In this document: in pieces, positions 12,671 to 47,505 of the stretch
Layout: every line of letters starts with the position of its first letter
Position numbering within the stretch: the first letter of the stretch is position 1
From: Macrostomum lignano
Lineage: Eukaryota
Assembly: GCA_002269645.1 (NCBI GenBank)
Contig: NIVC01000412.1
Coordinates: 124,001-188,000 of the forward strand
DNA length: 64,000 bases
Reading direction: 5' to 3'
Translations under genes and position numbers: made by a program
The notes under the pieces: model-generated
Databases searched by the model: none
Seen by the model: only the letters and a program-made list of their open reading frames with translations
What the model was told of the DNA's origin: nothing

Positions 12671-14159
12671 CTTTACAACTTTGTAAATAGTCATTATAAA
12701 GTTTCTTTTTTATTTTGACTTTTGAAATCAACAAGAACTCAATTTTCACTCTTCACTAAATTTTAAGGTGCATTTGCCAAAATGGTCAGCTTTAAAAGTT
12801 TAAACAAAATGGTTATTGCAAAAGTATTTTTGCTATTATTGACTTTCACCAAAAATTCCTTCATCAAAGCAGGTTGAAATTATGCAAATAGGATATTAGG
12901 GGCTAAAGTTAGAATAAATTCTTTTATTTTCAATTCAAAGGAGCTTTTGAGTCTGACTCTCTAGACTAAACTTAGGGATCTTGAAAGATTATTAGAGATT
13001 TTTGATATTAGGCCTACATGCAACAAAAGAGAAAGGAAAAAAGTGAAAGAAAAGGAAAAATAAAAGAAAAAAAAGAAAAGACAAAAAAAAGATAGAAAAG
13101 AAGACTAAAGACAACTGGACAAGGAACAAAGCAGGCATGAGCCTAGGGAAAGATGATTCAAATTTAAAATTTTTACTGATATAGACATTAAAGTCAAAGA
13201 AAAGCAAGTTTAGATATGCCTACTAGTATATGAATATGCCAAATATTGAAAACATAGGCAGAAAAGCCTACTAGGCCTAAAAAATAAAAATATAGATTAG
13301 GCCTATAGTATAAGCCTATGTCTATATTTTATAGACATAGGCTTATAGGCCCCTAGTACTAATTAAATGAAGAAGTATTTAGTCTTAATAGGCCTTAGTA
13401 GGCCTATGGTCATAGTTACTCTTGTTCTACCATTTATCCATAACTAGGCCTATATTATTAACTTTTGCTTCAGGTTTTCTTTCATACATGGGCTAGGCTA
13501 GTGCATAGCCTAGGGGGCCTAGCGCCCTAGGCCTACCAGGCGCCTGCCACCTAGCCTAGGTAAATTGCATTTTTGGTCAAAAAGTAAGTTTCAATTCATG
13601 GCTAGTGTAAATCAGGACCCAGGGGAGTTGCACATGTATGAGTGTATGACTAGTGCTATAGATATATTCTGCATTGCTTGGGGAAAGCAAGAGGTTCTAA
13701 TTAGGGATGTCAATTCCCTAGAAATTTTTTTCACCAAAAAAATCGCTCCCTGGCCCTGGGCCTGGGGTCCTCCGGTCCTGGGGATTTTTTAGCTAAAACC
13801 CTGGGGTCCCACTACCAATATAAAATGTGTATACAAAACATGTTCAACAATCGTGATTTTAATTAATCTGTCTGAGAATCCGTCACTCTTAGGGTACATT
13901 TGAGAAGCTTAAAATAGCTTCTTGGACTTATAGTGAGGTAGGCCTAAACCTGATTTTTAATTGTCTTAATTTTATTAACAACGATTATCTTAACCTTTCA
14001 AATAGTTATACTAAAACAAAGAGTAGCTAGGCCTATACATGCTGCTTTTAAATTGCTCAAATGGTATACTACTTTAACATATGTATTTTCTTTGAGTAAA
14101 AAGTATTGTTAAATGAATAAAGAAGATTTAACAACATTTTTTCATTATCAAGATAGCTT

Positions 14160-14579
14160 GGGTGCATTCGAGTAGCTTAAATGGCTTAAAATAACTGTGA
14201 CGAGTTTATTTAGTTCGAGAACATGGGACTGATGCGCGTGCTGAGTCTGAGTGTTGATCTTGACCTAGGTAGGCCAATATACGTATTATTAATTTAACAA
14301 CTCAATTGCTAGTCTGAATAATGGCGAGTAGGTCAGAAGCAGTATGGCAATGCCAACTATTTACCAAAGGTAATCTGAGACGATAATATAATGCTAATGC
14401 CACCAAGCCTACGGGTACTAAGACCAACACACAGAGCGCAGGACACCATAAATACGAAATTGAACATTTTCAATACAGAAGCGACGACGTTACATAACTT
14501 AAAATTACTTAAAATGATTTTAAGCAGCGGCGCCATTTTAAGCCAATTTAAGCCATTTTAAGCCACTCGAACGCACCCC
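14160..14579. mobile_element. ~420-bp MITE (Harbinger-like termini)
   Basis: Left end GGGTGCATTCGAGTAGCTTAAATGGCTTAAA matches the reverse complement of the right end GGGTGCGTTCGAGTGGCTTAAAATGGCTTAAA. Superfamily is inferred. Confidence 0.7.
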
Positions 14580-17049
14580 TTATTTTAAACTTAATGGGCC
14601 TAATTGTAAAAATATTTTTAAACTGATTGCATGTGAAGAATATTTTGAATATCACCACATTTATCAAATCATTATCATCATCTCCATGGGGGCGCAGAGA
14701 CAAATCCATCTCCAATGGAAGCGGTGGAAGCAAAATACAAATGCAGAAAAAAAGTTTTTTGCCCTCCAGGGCTCCAATTTTTTAAAAATCATCATCTAAC
14801 ATCTAAATTTGCATTTAGAAATTTCTGAAATAGGCCTATGGAAAATCAAAATCAAAATTAAAATTTTATAAAACCTTTAGGGCCTTTTTGGCTATAGTCT
14901 AATCAGGGTTCTCTTTTTTGCCAAAACAAAGTACAAAATGCACTCTATGTTCAATTTCAAAGTGCAATTTCTCTTTTTTAAATTAAAACAATACAAATAA
15001 AGCTTCATTAGAAAAATAGGTTATGAGACTGCACTTAAACTGCATCCATTTTTTAATTTTGAGGTAGGGGCCTACAATTTTAAAATTTAGGATAGGCCTA
15101 CATAGGCCGCCCATGCACATTCTGTGCACGAAAATAAACCCTAAGTGTTAAGTCTAGTTAAACAATATTTTGAATTTTAGTAAAGTAGGCCTAGACCTTG
15201 GCTTATACTTAGCATTTAGCAGAATATTAAAGTTGCTACTCCAAAACCAATGGTCAACTTTCCTTAGATCTGAGCTGTGACTTTGTCCAAGTGATGCAAC
15301 AATTCACACTATATTTGTAGGCTTATATGGGTTGATTTTGTAATTAAGCTAATATGAAGAAAAATAAACTAATATTAGGCCTAATGACAATGTATTGTCA
15401 ATGATAATATTAAAAATTGATTAATTCATCAGTTGACCACTAGACTAGCCTAGCTTTGAGATAGAAACTTTAACATGTTTCTAAGTATATATTAGGCCTA
15501 ATTATTAAAAAACTATCTTGGAAGGCTTGATAATTAAAGATAGTTTGGTTAAAAAGGCAAAGGCCTAAAGTAAAAATGAATTTTAGCTAATTTAATTAGC
15601 TTTTAATGTAATAGGCCTAGAAAAGCTCTTAACCTAAGTCATTTTATAGTCATAAGCAACAAAAAATTCAATGTTTTAGGTCATAAGCTTAATACATATA
15701 GTAGTACATAGTATAAGTAGAGATAAAAGACTAATAATTAAGATAAATACAGAAGTCATTTAAGCCTCTAAAGCTAAAGCTTAATACCATGACTTAGCAA
15801 TAGAAATTTTTAATATAACATGCATATTATGATTGGGGTAACTTGGTAAGGCTAAAGATAAGATGATTCTTGCTAATGAGTAGGCCCTAATAAGTAGGCC
15901 TAAAACTATTGTTATCATTTTACTTTATTATAATTTATATCATGGTAAATAAGAAAAAAATGTTTCTATTATATTTAACTTTAAATTAAATTCATTAGAT
16001 TCATTGGATTTATTATAAGAAGCTACAAAATAAGTAGCTGTAGATAAACATATAGATATAAAAGAATCATATAAGAAATTGATGTTTATTGGTATAGATA
16101 TAGAAGAATTTTGGTTGTAATAGGACTAATAGTCTTTAGTAAGGACAAAATTAAAAGCATATTAATTGTTTTTATATATATGTGCACAATCCCCTTGATT
16201 TATACTAGCCATGAAATTTGTCTAGGAAAGAAACCCTCAATGCAAAAATAGACCAATTTTAGATAAATTGCAAGAATAACTGTGACTGTCTTATTATAGC
16301 TAAGTGCCTTATAATCTAACTAGTAATATGTCTATTCTTTTGAATAGGCATTTTTGTGATTTATCCCTAGTCTACCACAATTTATAGTGGCCTTATCAGC
16401 CAAGTTAGCAGCAGTTTCATATGTTTGTTTTAATATATATGTTATGAGGCCTTCAAGTCTAATCTACCTATTAAAGGGCCTATTTATTTAAATGCATATT
16501 TAACCATAGGCAGACAAATAGTATTTTTTCACTCTGTCTATATTTGAGCTAGATGGCATAAAATATATCTTTATTATATGAGCTAGATTTATTATCTCTT
16601 ACTATAGCTATTCCTAATAACTAGAAGCCAAGATCTCAGATAGAAAGTCTATTAGAGAATAGATTATTATATATAACTATATATATGTATATAATATAGA
16701 ACTTCTCTTTTATCGATGTATACTATATAACTCATTAATAAGGCTAGGATATTTTGTCATAATGAAAAATGAAGTACATATAAAGTAAATGGTTTATAAT
16801 CAATTTATAGCCACTATGCAACATATGCTAAGAGATTGTTCTAAATGAAAAATTCCTATGGTTGCTAAATAGTACAAATGTATATTTTTATTGAATTTAA
16901 TGAAGAAAAAGAATGGAGTTATTATGTGTATGAAATAAGTTGGACAATAATAGTATGATACTATGTTAGTCTGCAATGCAACAAAAGTAATGAAATATAT
17001 AAACTAATAAACTAGGTAGGGATAGTTACATATACACATTAGAAATGTC

Positions 17050-18330
17050 CAATATACAAGCAATTGTTTTAAGTATAATTGGCACTAAAGCATGCACCAA
17101 GGCACAGAGCTAGCCTCCTTAGACATATGATGCAAACAAAGATCAGGTCAGAGCTCCTTCCTTGGATGCCTTAGTGGGCAAATGTTGAGAAGCAGCAGGC
17201 GGCCCATCACCTGTGCCAGTTGGCACTGCTGCTGCAGCTGGAGGATTAGTTCAGCATCAGGCAATAACAGTTTCTGCAACTAGAATATCTAGCACCTTGC
17301 ACAAGAAATGCAGAAAAGACATGCTGCTGCCATGGTAGTTGTACAAGATCAAGGTGCTGTGGACTGTATAGCTTGGTACAGCTTGATACTCAACTTGCTT
17401 TTCTTGGAGGGAATGTACTGTCTAAACAGTACCCATCCTTTGTACATGACCAGAGTCTTGTCAATTGATAGTTACTGATCTGGTATGTAATTGTTCCAAC
17501 AGGCATGCTGCACAAGAGCAAGGAATGGAATGATTTTGTCCACAGGGCTTTGAGGAGTGGGACCAGTGCTACTGTAGAAGCAGGAGAGAATCTGCTTTAA
17601 AACAGTTACACAAAATTGAATGCGGTTGAGCCAAAAATGTGCAGTGGTACACAGGATCCTTTGCCTAGTACAAGCTGATCTCTGGCTAGTCATCAATGCC
17701 AATCAGCTTTTTCATCTCGTCAACACTGTAATCCTTCCATGTAGACACAAACTTTGGTACCTCATCAACTGACCTTTCCTTAGCAAAACTCCAAGCCCAT
17801 TCGGTCGTCCAACTGGCAATGTTTTCAAATAGCTCGTCGGTTAGGTGCAAAAAGGCTGACTCACTGCCATTCGCTGATTTGTGGTGGTACCAGCCCATGA
17901 ACTCTCGGGCAGCCGTGGCTTGTCGTGTCCATCCCTTTGATAGCTTGGTGCCACACGTGCTCTTCCTCCTTTTCGATGTCCTCATCTGAGCTGCTTGCGC
18001 TTTCGACGTTGTCACCATCCTACTCACTGGGCCTTTTATAACAATATAAATGATCCATCCTCGTTGTCAGTGAGCAAATTGTTTTCAGAGTCCGATGTTT
18101 AGATCCATAACTAGTCGTCGCTGTCAGAAGTAAGATGCTCGTATAAAGCAATCAGTAGAAATAAAGTATATTAGCATTAGCAAACAGACACTAAATTTAA
18201 GTGAGACTATACGGAGGGTGGTGGTAGCAGCAGCATTCATGATCGTAGCTTCGGAAACTATTTTGGACCTATCTGTCGGGAATGGTTATATAAGTGTAAG
18301 TGTCTAAACTGCAGTCAAATAGAGGTTAAA
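17050..18330 (-). pseudogene. piggyBac-family transposase relic with internal deletion
   Basis: Acidic N-terminus; LTDELFENIASWT..TWKDYSVDEMKKLIGI; LSIDKTLVMYKGWVLFRQYIPSKKSKLSIKLY (for SIDE.MV.FKGR..FRQYIPSK...GIK). TTAA-CCTC-type end near 18326. Confidence 0.85.
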
Positions 18331-18372
18331 TATTATTGTTGAAATGCAATTTTAAGGCTTATATTCATACAT

Positions 18373-18526
18373 GCGCAACCTTGGGAATCACTCGGCCGTT
18401 TCTATTGGCAACACACACGTAAGTCGCTATTGGCTGAGAGCAGTCACGTGACTACTATTCCGTCCAATAGCGACTTAAATGTGTGTGTTGTCAATAGAAA
18501 CGGCCGGGTGAATCCCTAGGTTGCGC
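18373..18526. other. 154-bp inverted-repeat element (MITE-like) upstream of the RRM/ZnF gene
   Basis: ~60-bp arms (GCGCAACC.TGGGA.TCAC.CGGCCGTTTCTATTG.CAACACACAC..TAAGTCGCTATTGG) around a central GTCACGTGAC palindrome. Confidence 0.7.
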
Positions 18527-18682
18527 CCAAGCATGCTTATATTAATTAATTAGACATTAATCAGACAATCTGTCTTAATGACGAACACGTCTTATTTACA
18601 ACTTATTGATTGCAGATCCTAGTGCAACTCAATCCTGATTCAATCTGTAACTAAGTTGGCAGCAGAAACAAGTTATTAAACA

Positions 18683-20002
18683 ATGCAGGTCAATCCGCAC
18701 ATGCCTGGCATGATGCCAATGGCCCCAGTTAGCAGTATGCAGCAGAGCATGCCAATGGTGCAGCAGCAGCCTATGACGCATCCGGGCCAGATGCCAATGA
18801 TGGCTTATGGCCAGCAGCCGCCGCAGCAGCAGCAGCAGCCGTTTATGGCCTACCCGCAGCCGGGGCCGCCCATGCCTGGCGTGATGCCGCCGCCTCCGCC
18901 GCCCCAGATGCAAATGCAAGGCCCAGGCCCTATGGATATGCAGTTCATGATGCAGCAACAGCAGCAGCCTCCGCAAATGCTGCATCATCAGCATGGACCC
19001 CAGAATCATCGCCAGCATCACGGAGGCGGCGGCGGCGGCGGCGGAGGTGGAAGCGGCCAGAATCCCAAGGGTCGCGTGTTCATTGGCAATCTGAACACGA
19101 ACGAGCTGGGCCGAGCCGATCTGGAGCGAATATTCAGCAAATACGGCAGCCTGACGGAAGTCAACGTCCATAACGGCTTCGCTTTCGTGCAGTTTGTCGA
19201 AGAGCCGGCAGCTCGGTCCGCTTGCAAACGCGAGGACGGCCGCGTCTACGCCGGCCAGACCATCGACGTGAACATCGCGTCTGAGCCCAAGAATCGGCGA
19301 GACCGACACGGCGGCGGCAGCGGCTCGTCGGCGTCGAGCGTTGTCAGCGGCGGCGGCGGTGGCGGTAGCAGCGGCCTCAGTGTGAAGGAGCGTCTGGGAC
19401 CCCGACGGCTCGGCAGTCAGGACGACAGCGGCGGTTTCGACTCCGGCAAGCTGTCTCAAGTTGGCGCCTCGCGCGATAGAATCAGCGGCGGCCGGGACTA
19501 CTTGGTCTGCGGCAACTGCAAGGACGTTTTCGACAACCTGGACCGGCTCAGTTCGCACAAGCAGGACGGCTGCCGACGCCGGTTTGTCTGCCTGTGCAAG
19601 CTGAAGGGTGAACCCAGGATGCTGGACTGCGCCAAGTGCGGCAAGCAGTTTCTCAGCAGCTGGGAGCTGCTGCGCCACTGCCAGGCTGAGCATGAGATTG
19701 GCGTGTACACCAACTGCGTCTTCGCTGCCGGCATTGGCGGCGGCGAGACCGCGGCCTCCGCCGCCGCTGCCTCATCTGTCGGCGGCAGTGCCAACACCAG
19801 CGGCGAAATCGCGGCGGCCACGGTTGAAGGCAGCGGCGGCGACGGCCCTGTTGGTGCTGCCGCCGGCGCTGAACTGTCCTCAGCCGCGGCCTCGGAGACT
19901 GAGCCTGAGCCCGCTGGCGGCAGTCGGCGCCGCGGCGAGATGGAAGACGATGAAGCCACTGACGAAGATGAGGACGATGATGATAGCGATAAGAATGACT
20001 GA
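18683..20002 (+). CDS. Intronless protein, 439 aa: Q/P/M-rich N-terminus, hnRNP-C/RALY-type RRM, BCL11-type CCHC and C2H2 zinc fingers, acidic tail
   Basis: RVFIGNLNT..IFSKYG..VHNGFAFVQF..EDGRVYAGQTIDVNIASEPK (hnRNP C RRM); LVCGNCKDVF..LSSHKQDGC; CAKCGKQFLSSWELLRHCQAEHEIGVY. Confidence 0.88.
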   Translation: MQVNPHMPGMMPMAPVSSMQQSMPMVQQQPMTHPGQMPMMAYGQQPPQQQQQPFMAYPQPGPPMPGVMPPPPPPQMQMQGPGPMDMQFMMQQQQQPPQMLHHQHGPQNHRQHHGGGGGGGGGGSGQNPKGRVFIGNLNTNELGRADLERIFSKYGSLTEVNVHNGFAFVQFVEEPAARSACKREDGRVYAGQTIDVNIASEPKNRRDRHGGGSGSSASSVVSGGGGGGSSGLSVKERLGPRRLGSQDDSGGFDSGKLSQVGASRDRISGGRDYLVCGNCKDVFDNLDRLSSHKQDGCRRRFVCLCKLKGEPRMLDCAKCGKQFLSSWELLRHCQAEHEIGVYTNCVFAAGIGGGETAASAAAASSVGGSANTSGEIAAATVEGSGGDGPVGAAAGAELSSAAASETEPEPAGGSRRRGEMEDDEATDEDEDDDDSDKND

Positions 20003-21526
20003 GCGATTGGTGGGGTGACTGAATGGTCATAAGAGCACTTAATAGTCATTAGAGTGACTGAACGGCCATATGAGTGACAGGATGATCATTAATATGAGTA
20101 AGTGGTCATGTAAGTGACTGAAGGATTTTATGAACGAAGTGAATGGTCATAGGAATGATGATGACTGTGGGATTCGCTGGCATTTATTATTCCATCAATA
20201 GTAAAGCTCGTTCAAAATATTCAATTAAGTATAATTTCTACAAACAGCTTGAATTGAAATTGGTTTACTAATTATTGCGAATATTTTCTGGGTAGTCAAA
20301 CCACTGCTTATTGTTACTCTTAGTAGTGTGGTTAGTATGGCGTTGTTATAATTGTTATTAACTATCCGGTGTTATTTAGTGCGCATGGTCTGTCAATTCT
20401 CGTGTGAGAATTTCTTGACAGGAAATAAATATTTAATATAAAAATATTTCTGTAAATATGCCTGACAATGGTCTAAATCAATGTTAGATTACAACTCTGT
20501 CAAAATCCTTGCTTCTCAAATCTTAACAATTTTAATAAACGAGTTTTGAGAAGACTTTAAGTAATAAAAAAGCAATTAAGCTACTGTTTTAAAGTTTCAG
20601 GATCAAGAAAATGAAGTTTGTTTGTACGCTTGTTACTGACTTGTTCTGTTTTTGCCTTTATAGTTGTTTAGCGAACTATAACTATTCGATATTTGTTGTT
20701 CGGGACCCTCTGGTGCTAACTGAATCGTCACTATTTAATTAATTATATATGCCTTAGATGTTGATTCAACTTTGCCACCATGCTTCCACTTAGGTTAGTC
20801 TTGAGTAATGCAAAAGAAGCAGCCTGTTCTTATCAGAGATTTCGGGTTTTGGCTAATAGGGGTTTACGCCGAAGGTCTGTTACTCGTCTTTCCGTCTCTT
20901 GATCTCTTCTCTCTCAGCTAGCTAAGATCTGGTGCCGCCGTTTCATTGGCTAAGCAATTTTCCACTCGTCCTGATATCGGTGGGGGCCTTCGCTAGCTGG
21001 CTATCAGATTTAAGCTGGCTTGGCGTACTCATTATTCGGTCCACTCAGTTGTGAGAGCAGTGTTTGTCTCTGTGCAGCCCTGTCTTTGTGTGCGCGTGTG
21101 TACACTGACTGACATTACCCCTGAGCCTGAGGCTTTGCAGGTAAGACCTGGAAACTGGGGTTTAGGTGCTTCAACAGGCTATTATTCCAATTTTCTATTC
21201 TCCTCTGTCTTCGCCTATTTTTCTTATTTTGTTCTCTCTCTTATCTAGCTGTGACTTTGTCGAATTGCTGTTAATTGCAAGGCATTGCAGCCTCCCCATT
21301 TTTTTCTATTTAACTGTTTAGCAGCTTCATCAAAAAGCTCTCTAGTAAGCCTGCTTCGCAAATCTCTGTAACCGAAGCAAATACACCGCAGTATTAAATA
21401 ATTTTAAGAACCAGGATCGACATTGAATCTTGCTGTTTCAGACTGGCCGCTGTTGCTAGGGCCTGGTGCTGAGAGAACCCCCCGCTGAAACAAGTCATGC
21501 CGTGAGGATTTTTTATTGAATTCACG

Positions 21527-44870
<23,344 letters not shown>

Positions 44871-45029
44871 GCTCAATAATTGCGAAGCTTTCTTGGAACA
44901 AATTGACTGAACAACTTTTATGGAGTTTCTCTGCTTTCTCACTATTCTCACCTGCGATCTGTATTCTAGTGCTTGCCTTTTGCGACAGGGTTTCATTGGC
45001 AAACAAGCTGGCAATCGGGATAGGGAAAC

Positions 45030-45330
45030 CCCAACCCTCGAAAGGGGGAATCCCTACCATTAAATTAGGGAATCCCTACCATTAAATTAGGAAATCCCTA
45101 CCATTGAATTATGGATTCCCTACCATTGATTTGGGGAATCCCGATCTTTGAATTGGGGAATCCCCATCCTTGAATAGGGGAATCCCCATCCTTGAATTGG
45201 AGAATCCCGATCTTTGAATAGGGGAATCCGGGAATCCCCATCCTTGAACTGGGGAATCCCCATCCTTAAATTGGGGAATCCCGACTCTTGAACTGGGGAA
45301 CACCAACTCTTGAATCGGGGAATCCCGATA
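45030..45330. repeat. ~22-bp degenerate array downstream of plexin
   Basis: Unit GAATTGGGGAATCCCCATCCTT. Confidence 0.85.
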
Positions 45331-45784
45331 CTTTTTAGATTTCTCGCAGCCAGGTATTGTTATGTCTATTGCATTTCGCGATCGCTGTTATTAAATACGG
45401 TAACGCAAGAAAATATTTTACTTATTTTACTACTGTTACATGTGTGCTTATTTAACCGATTTAGTGGATTTTTTAACATCATTCTGCAAGCCAACCACGC
45501 TGTGTGACCATTCCACTTCCGCTTCGCTCAATTTTACTGAGGATTTTATTACCTAACCAGTTTCTGTAAATTTGCCAAAAATGATCGTCCATCGATCTGC
45601 CTGCCCTCGCATTTCTACCTGTAGCCAATTCACTCTACGAGTATTGAGTCTTGTGGGCGGCGTAACCGCTACGCTAGTGTCGCTTCTGAGCTCCCTGCTT
45701 GCTCACCCAGCTGCTCTGCCACCTTCACGCTTTTGTCTTCTCCATCCCTCTTATCTTTCATCGCCTTTCCCTCTCTTCCCCTTC

Positions 45785-46200
45785 ATCTCCCTCTCCACTC
45801 TACCCTCTCCCTCTCCACTCTAATCTCTCCCTCTCCACTCTACCCTCTCCCTCTCCACTCTACCCTCTCCCTCTCCACTCTACTCTCTCCCTCTCCACTC
45901 TACTCTCTCCCTCTCCACTCTACTCTCTCCCTCTCCACTCTACCCTCTCCCTCTCCACTCTACTCTCTCCCTCTCCACTCTACTCTCTCCCTCTCCACTC
46001 TACTCTCTCCCTCTCCACTCTACCCTCTCCCTCTCCACTCTACTCTCTCCCTCTCCATTCTACTCTCTCCCTCTCCACTCTACCCTCTCCCTCTCCACTC
46101 TACCCTCTCCCTCTCCACTCTACCCTCTCCCTCTCCACTCTACTATCTACCCTCTCCACTCGACTCTCTCTATCTACCCTCTCCCTCTCCCCTACATCTG
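45785..46200. repeat. 20-bp polypyrimidine minisatellite
   Basis: Unit CTCCACTCTACCCTCTCCCT. Confidence 0.95.
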
Positions 46201-46884
46201 TCTCTATAATCTCTATAATCTATATATTGCATTAGGCATTCGCTCTCATCAGTTTATTACCATTCCCTATAGCCGCATCAGCCGCATGCAGAATTCTGAT
46301 CTCCAAGAGGTCGCAGCAGCCCCAGAGCCAATAAATCCTTCACTACTGATTTCAACACCCTCAAAAATGCTGTGTGCACTTTTTTGGCCTTCTTCATTCG
46401 TACTTTTATTGTAACCGGTTCTTTTGCAGATATTTTGCTTCCATTTCTGTGTCACTAACTCGCTATTGATTTCTCTGCTAGCATGGAATTGCTACTTGTG
46501 AATTTTTGCGAATTTGTCTAATTGTACGAGTATTTTGAAGCTATTATGTTTTAATGTATTCCAAACTTGCAGGCAGTACTATGAGTAAATATTGCTCATC
46601 TATTTCTTAAACATGAATATTCTGACTTTATTTAACTTTTGTTACACGTTTAAATTCGTGCGACAGATGGATTGCGAAGAATTGTTTGTCTGTTTGTTTG
46701 AATTAACAAATAAATCATCAACCTCATTGCATCGCCTGTGCTAACATTATTCATGCTTGCACCACCTGCTCCTGAACACTGACGGAATATTGCCAGAATA
46801 TTTTAGTGCTTTGCTTCTTGATTTGTTGTTTTTACTTTCATTAACGACTCCCAGCCATTCCACAATTTGGTCAATGCACTCTAG

Positions 46885-47505
46885 CTAGCCCACCTCACTC
46901 CGTCACAAACACCTCACTCCATCACAAACACCTCACTCCATCACACCCACCTCACTCCGTCACACCCACTTCACTCCGTCAACACCCACCTCACTCCATC
47001 ACACCCACTTCACTCCGTCAACACCCACCTCACTCCGTCACACCCACCTCCCTCCGTCACATCCACCTCCCTCCATCACAAACACCTCACTCCGTCACAC
47101 CCACCTCACTCCGTCACACCCACCTCACTCCGTCACACCCACCTCACTCCATAACACCCACCTCACTCCGTCACAAACACCTCACTCCGTCACACCCACC
47201 TCACTTGAATCACACCCACCTCACTCCATAACACCCACCTCACTCCATCACAAACACCTCACTCCGTCACACCCACCTCACTTCAATCACACCCACCTCA
47301 CTCCATCACACCCACCTCACTCCATCACAAACACCTCACTCCGTCACACCCACCTCACTTCAATCACACCCACCTCACTCCATCACACCCACCTCACTCC
47401 ATCACAAACACCTCACTCCGTCACACCCACCTCACTTCAATCACACCCACCTCACTCCATCACACCCACTTCACTCCGTCACAAACACCTCACTCCATCA
47501 CATAA
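46885..47505. repeat. 19-bp minisatellite
   Basis: Unit CACCTCACTCC(G/A)TCACACC. Confidence 0.93.

Noticed and set aside
18629-20049. Antisense and alternative-frame ORFs over GC-rich exons (also 49226-49918, 57448-57918, 61131-61934)
   Set aside because: Shadow ORFs of real GC-rich coding sequence, with no motifs of their own.
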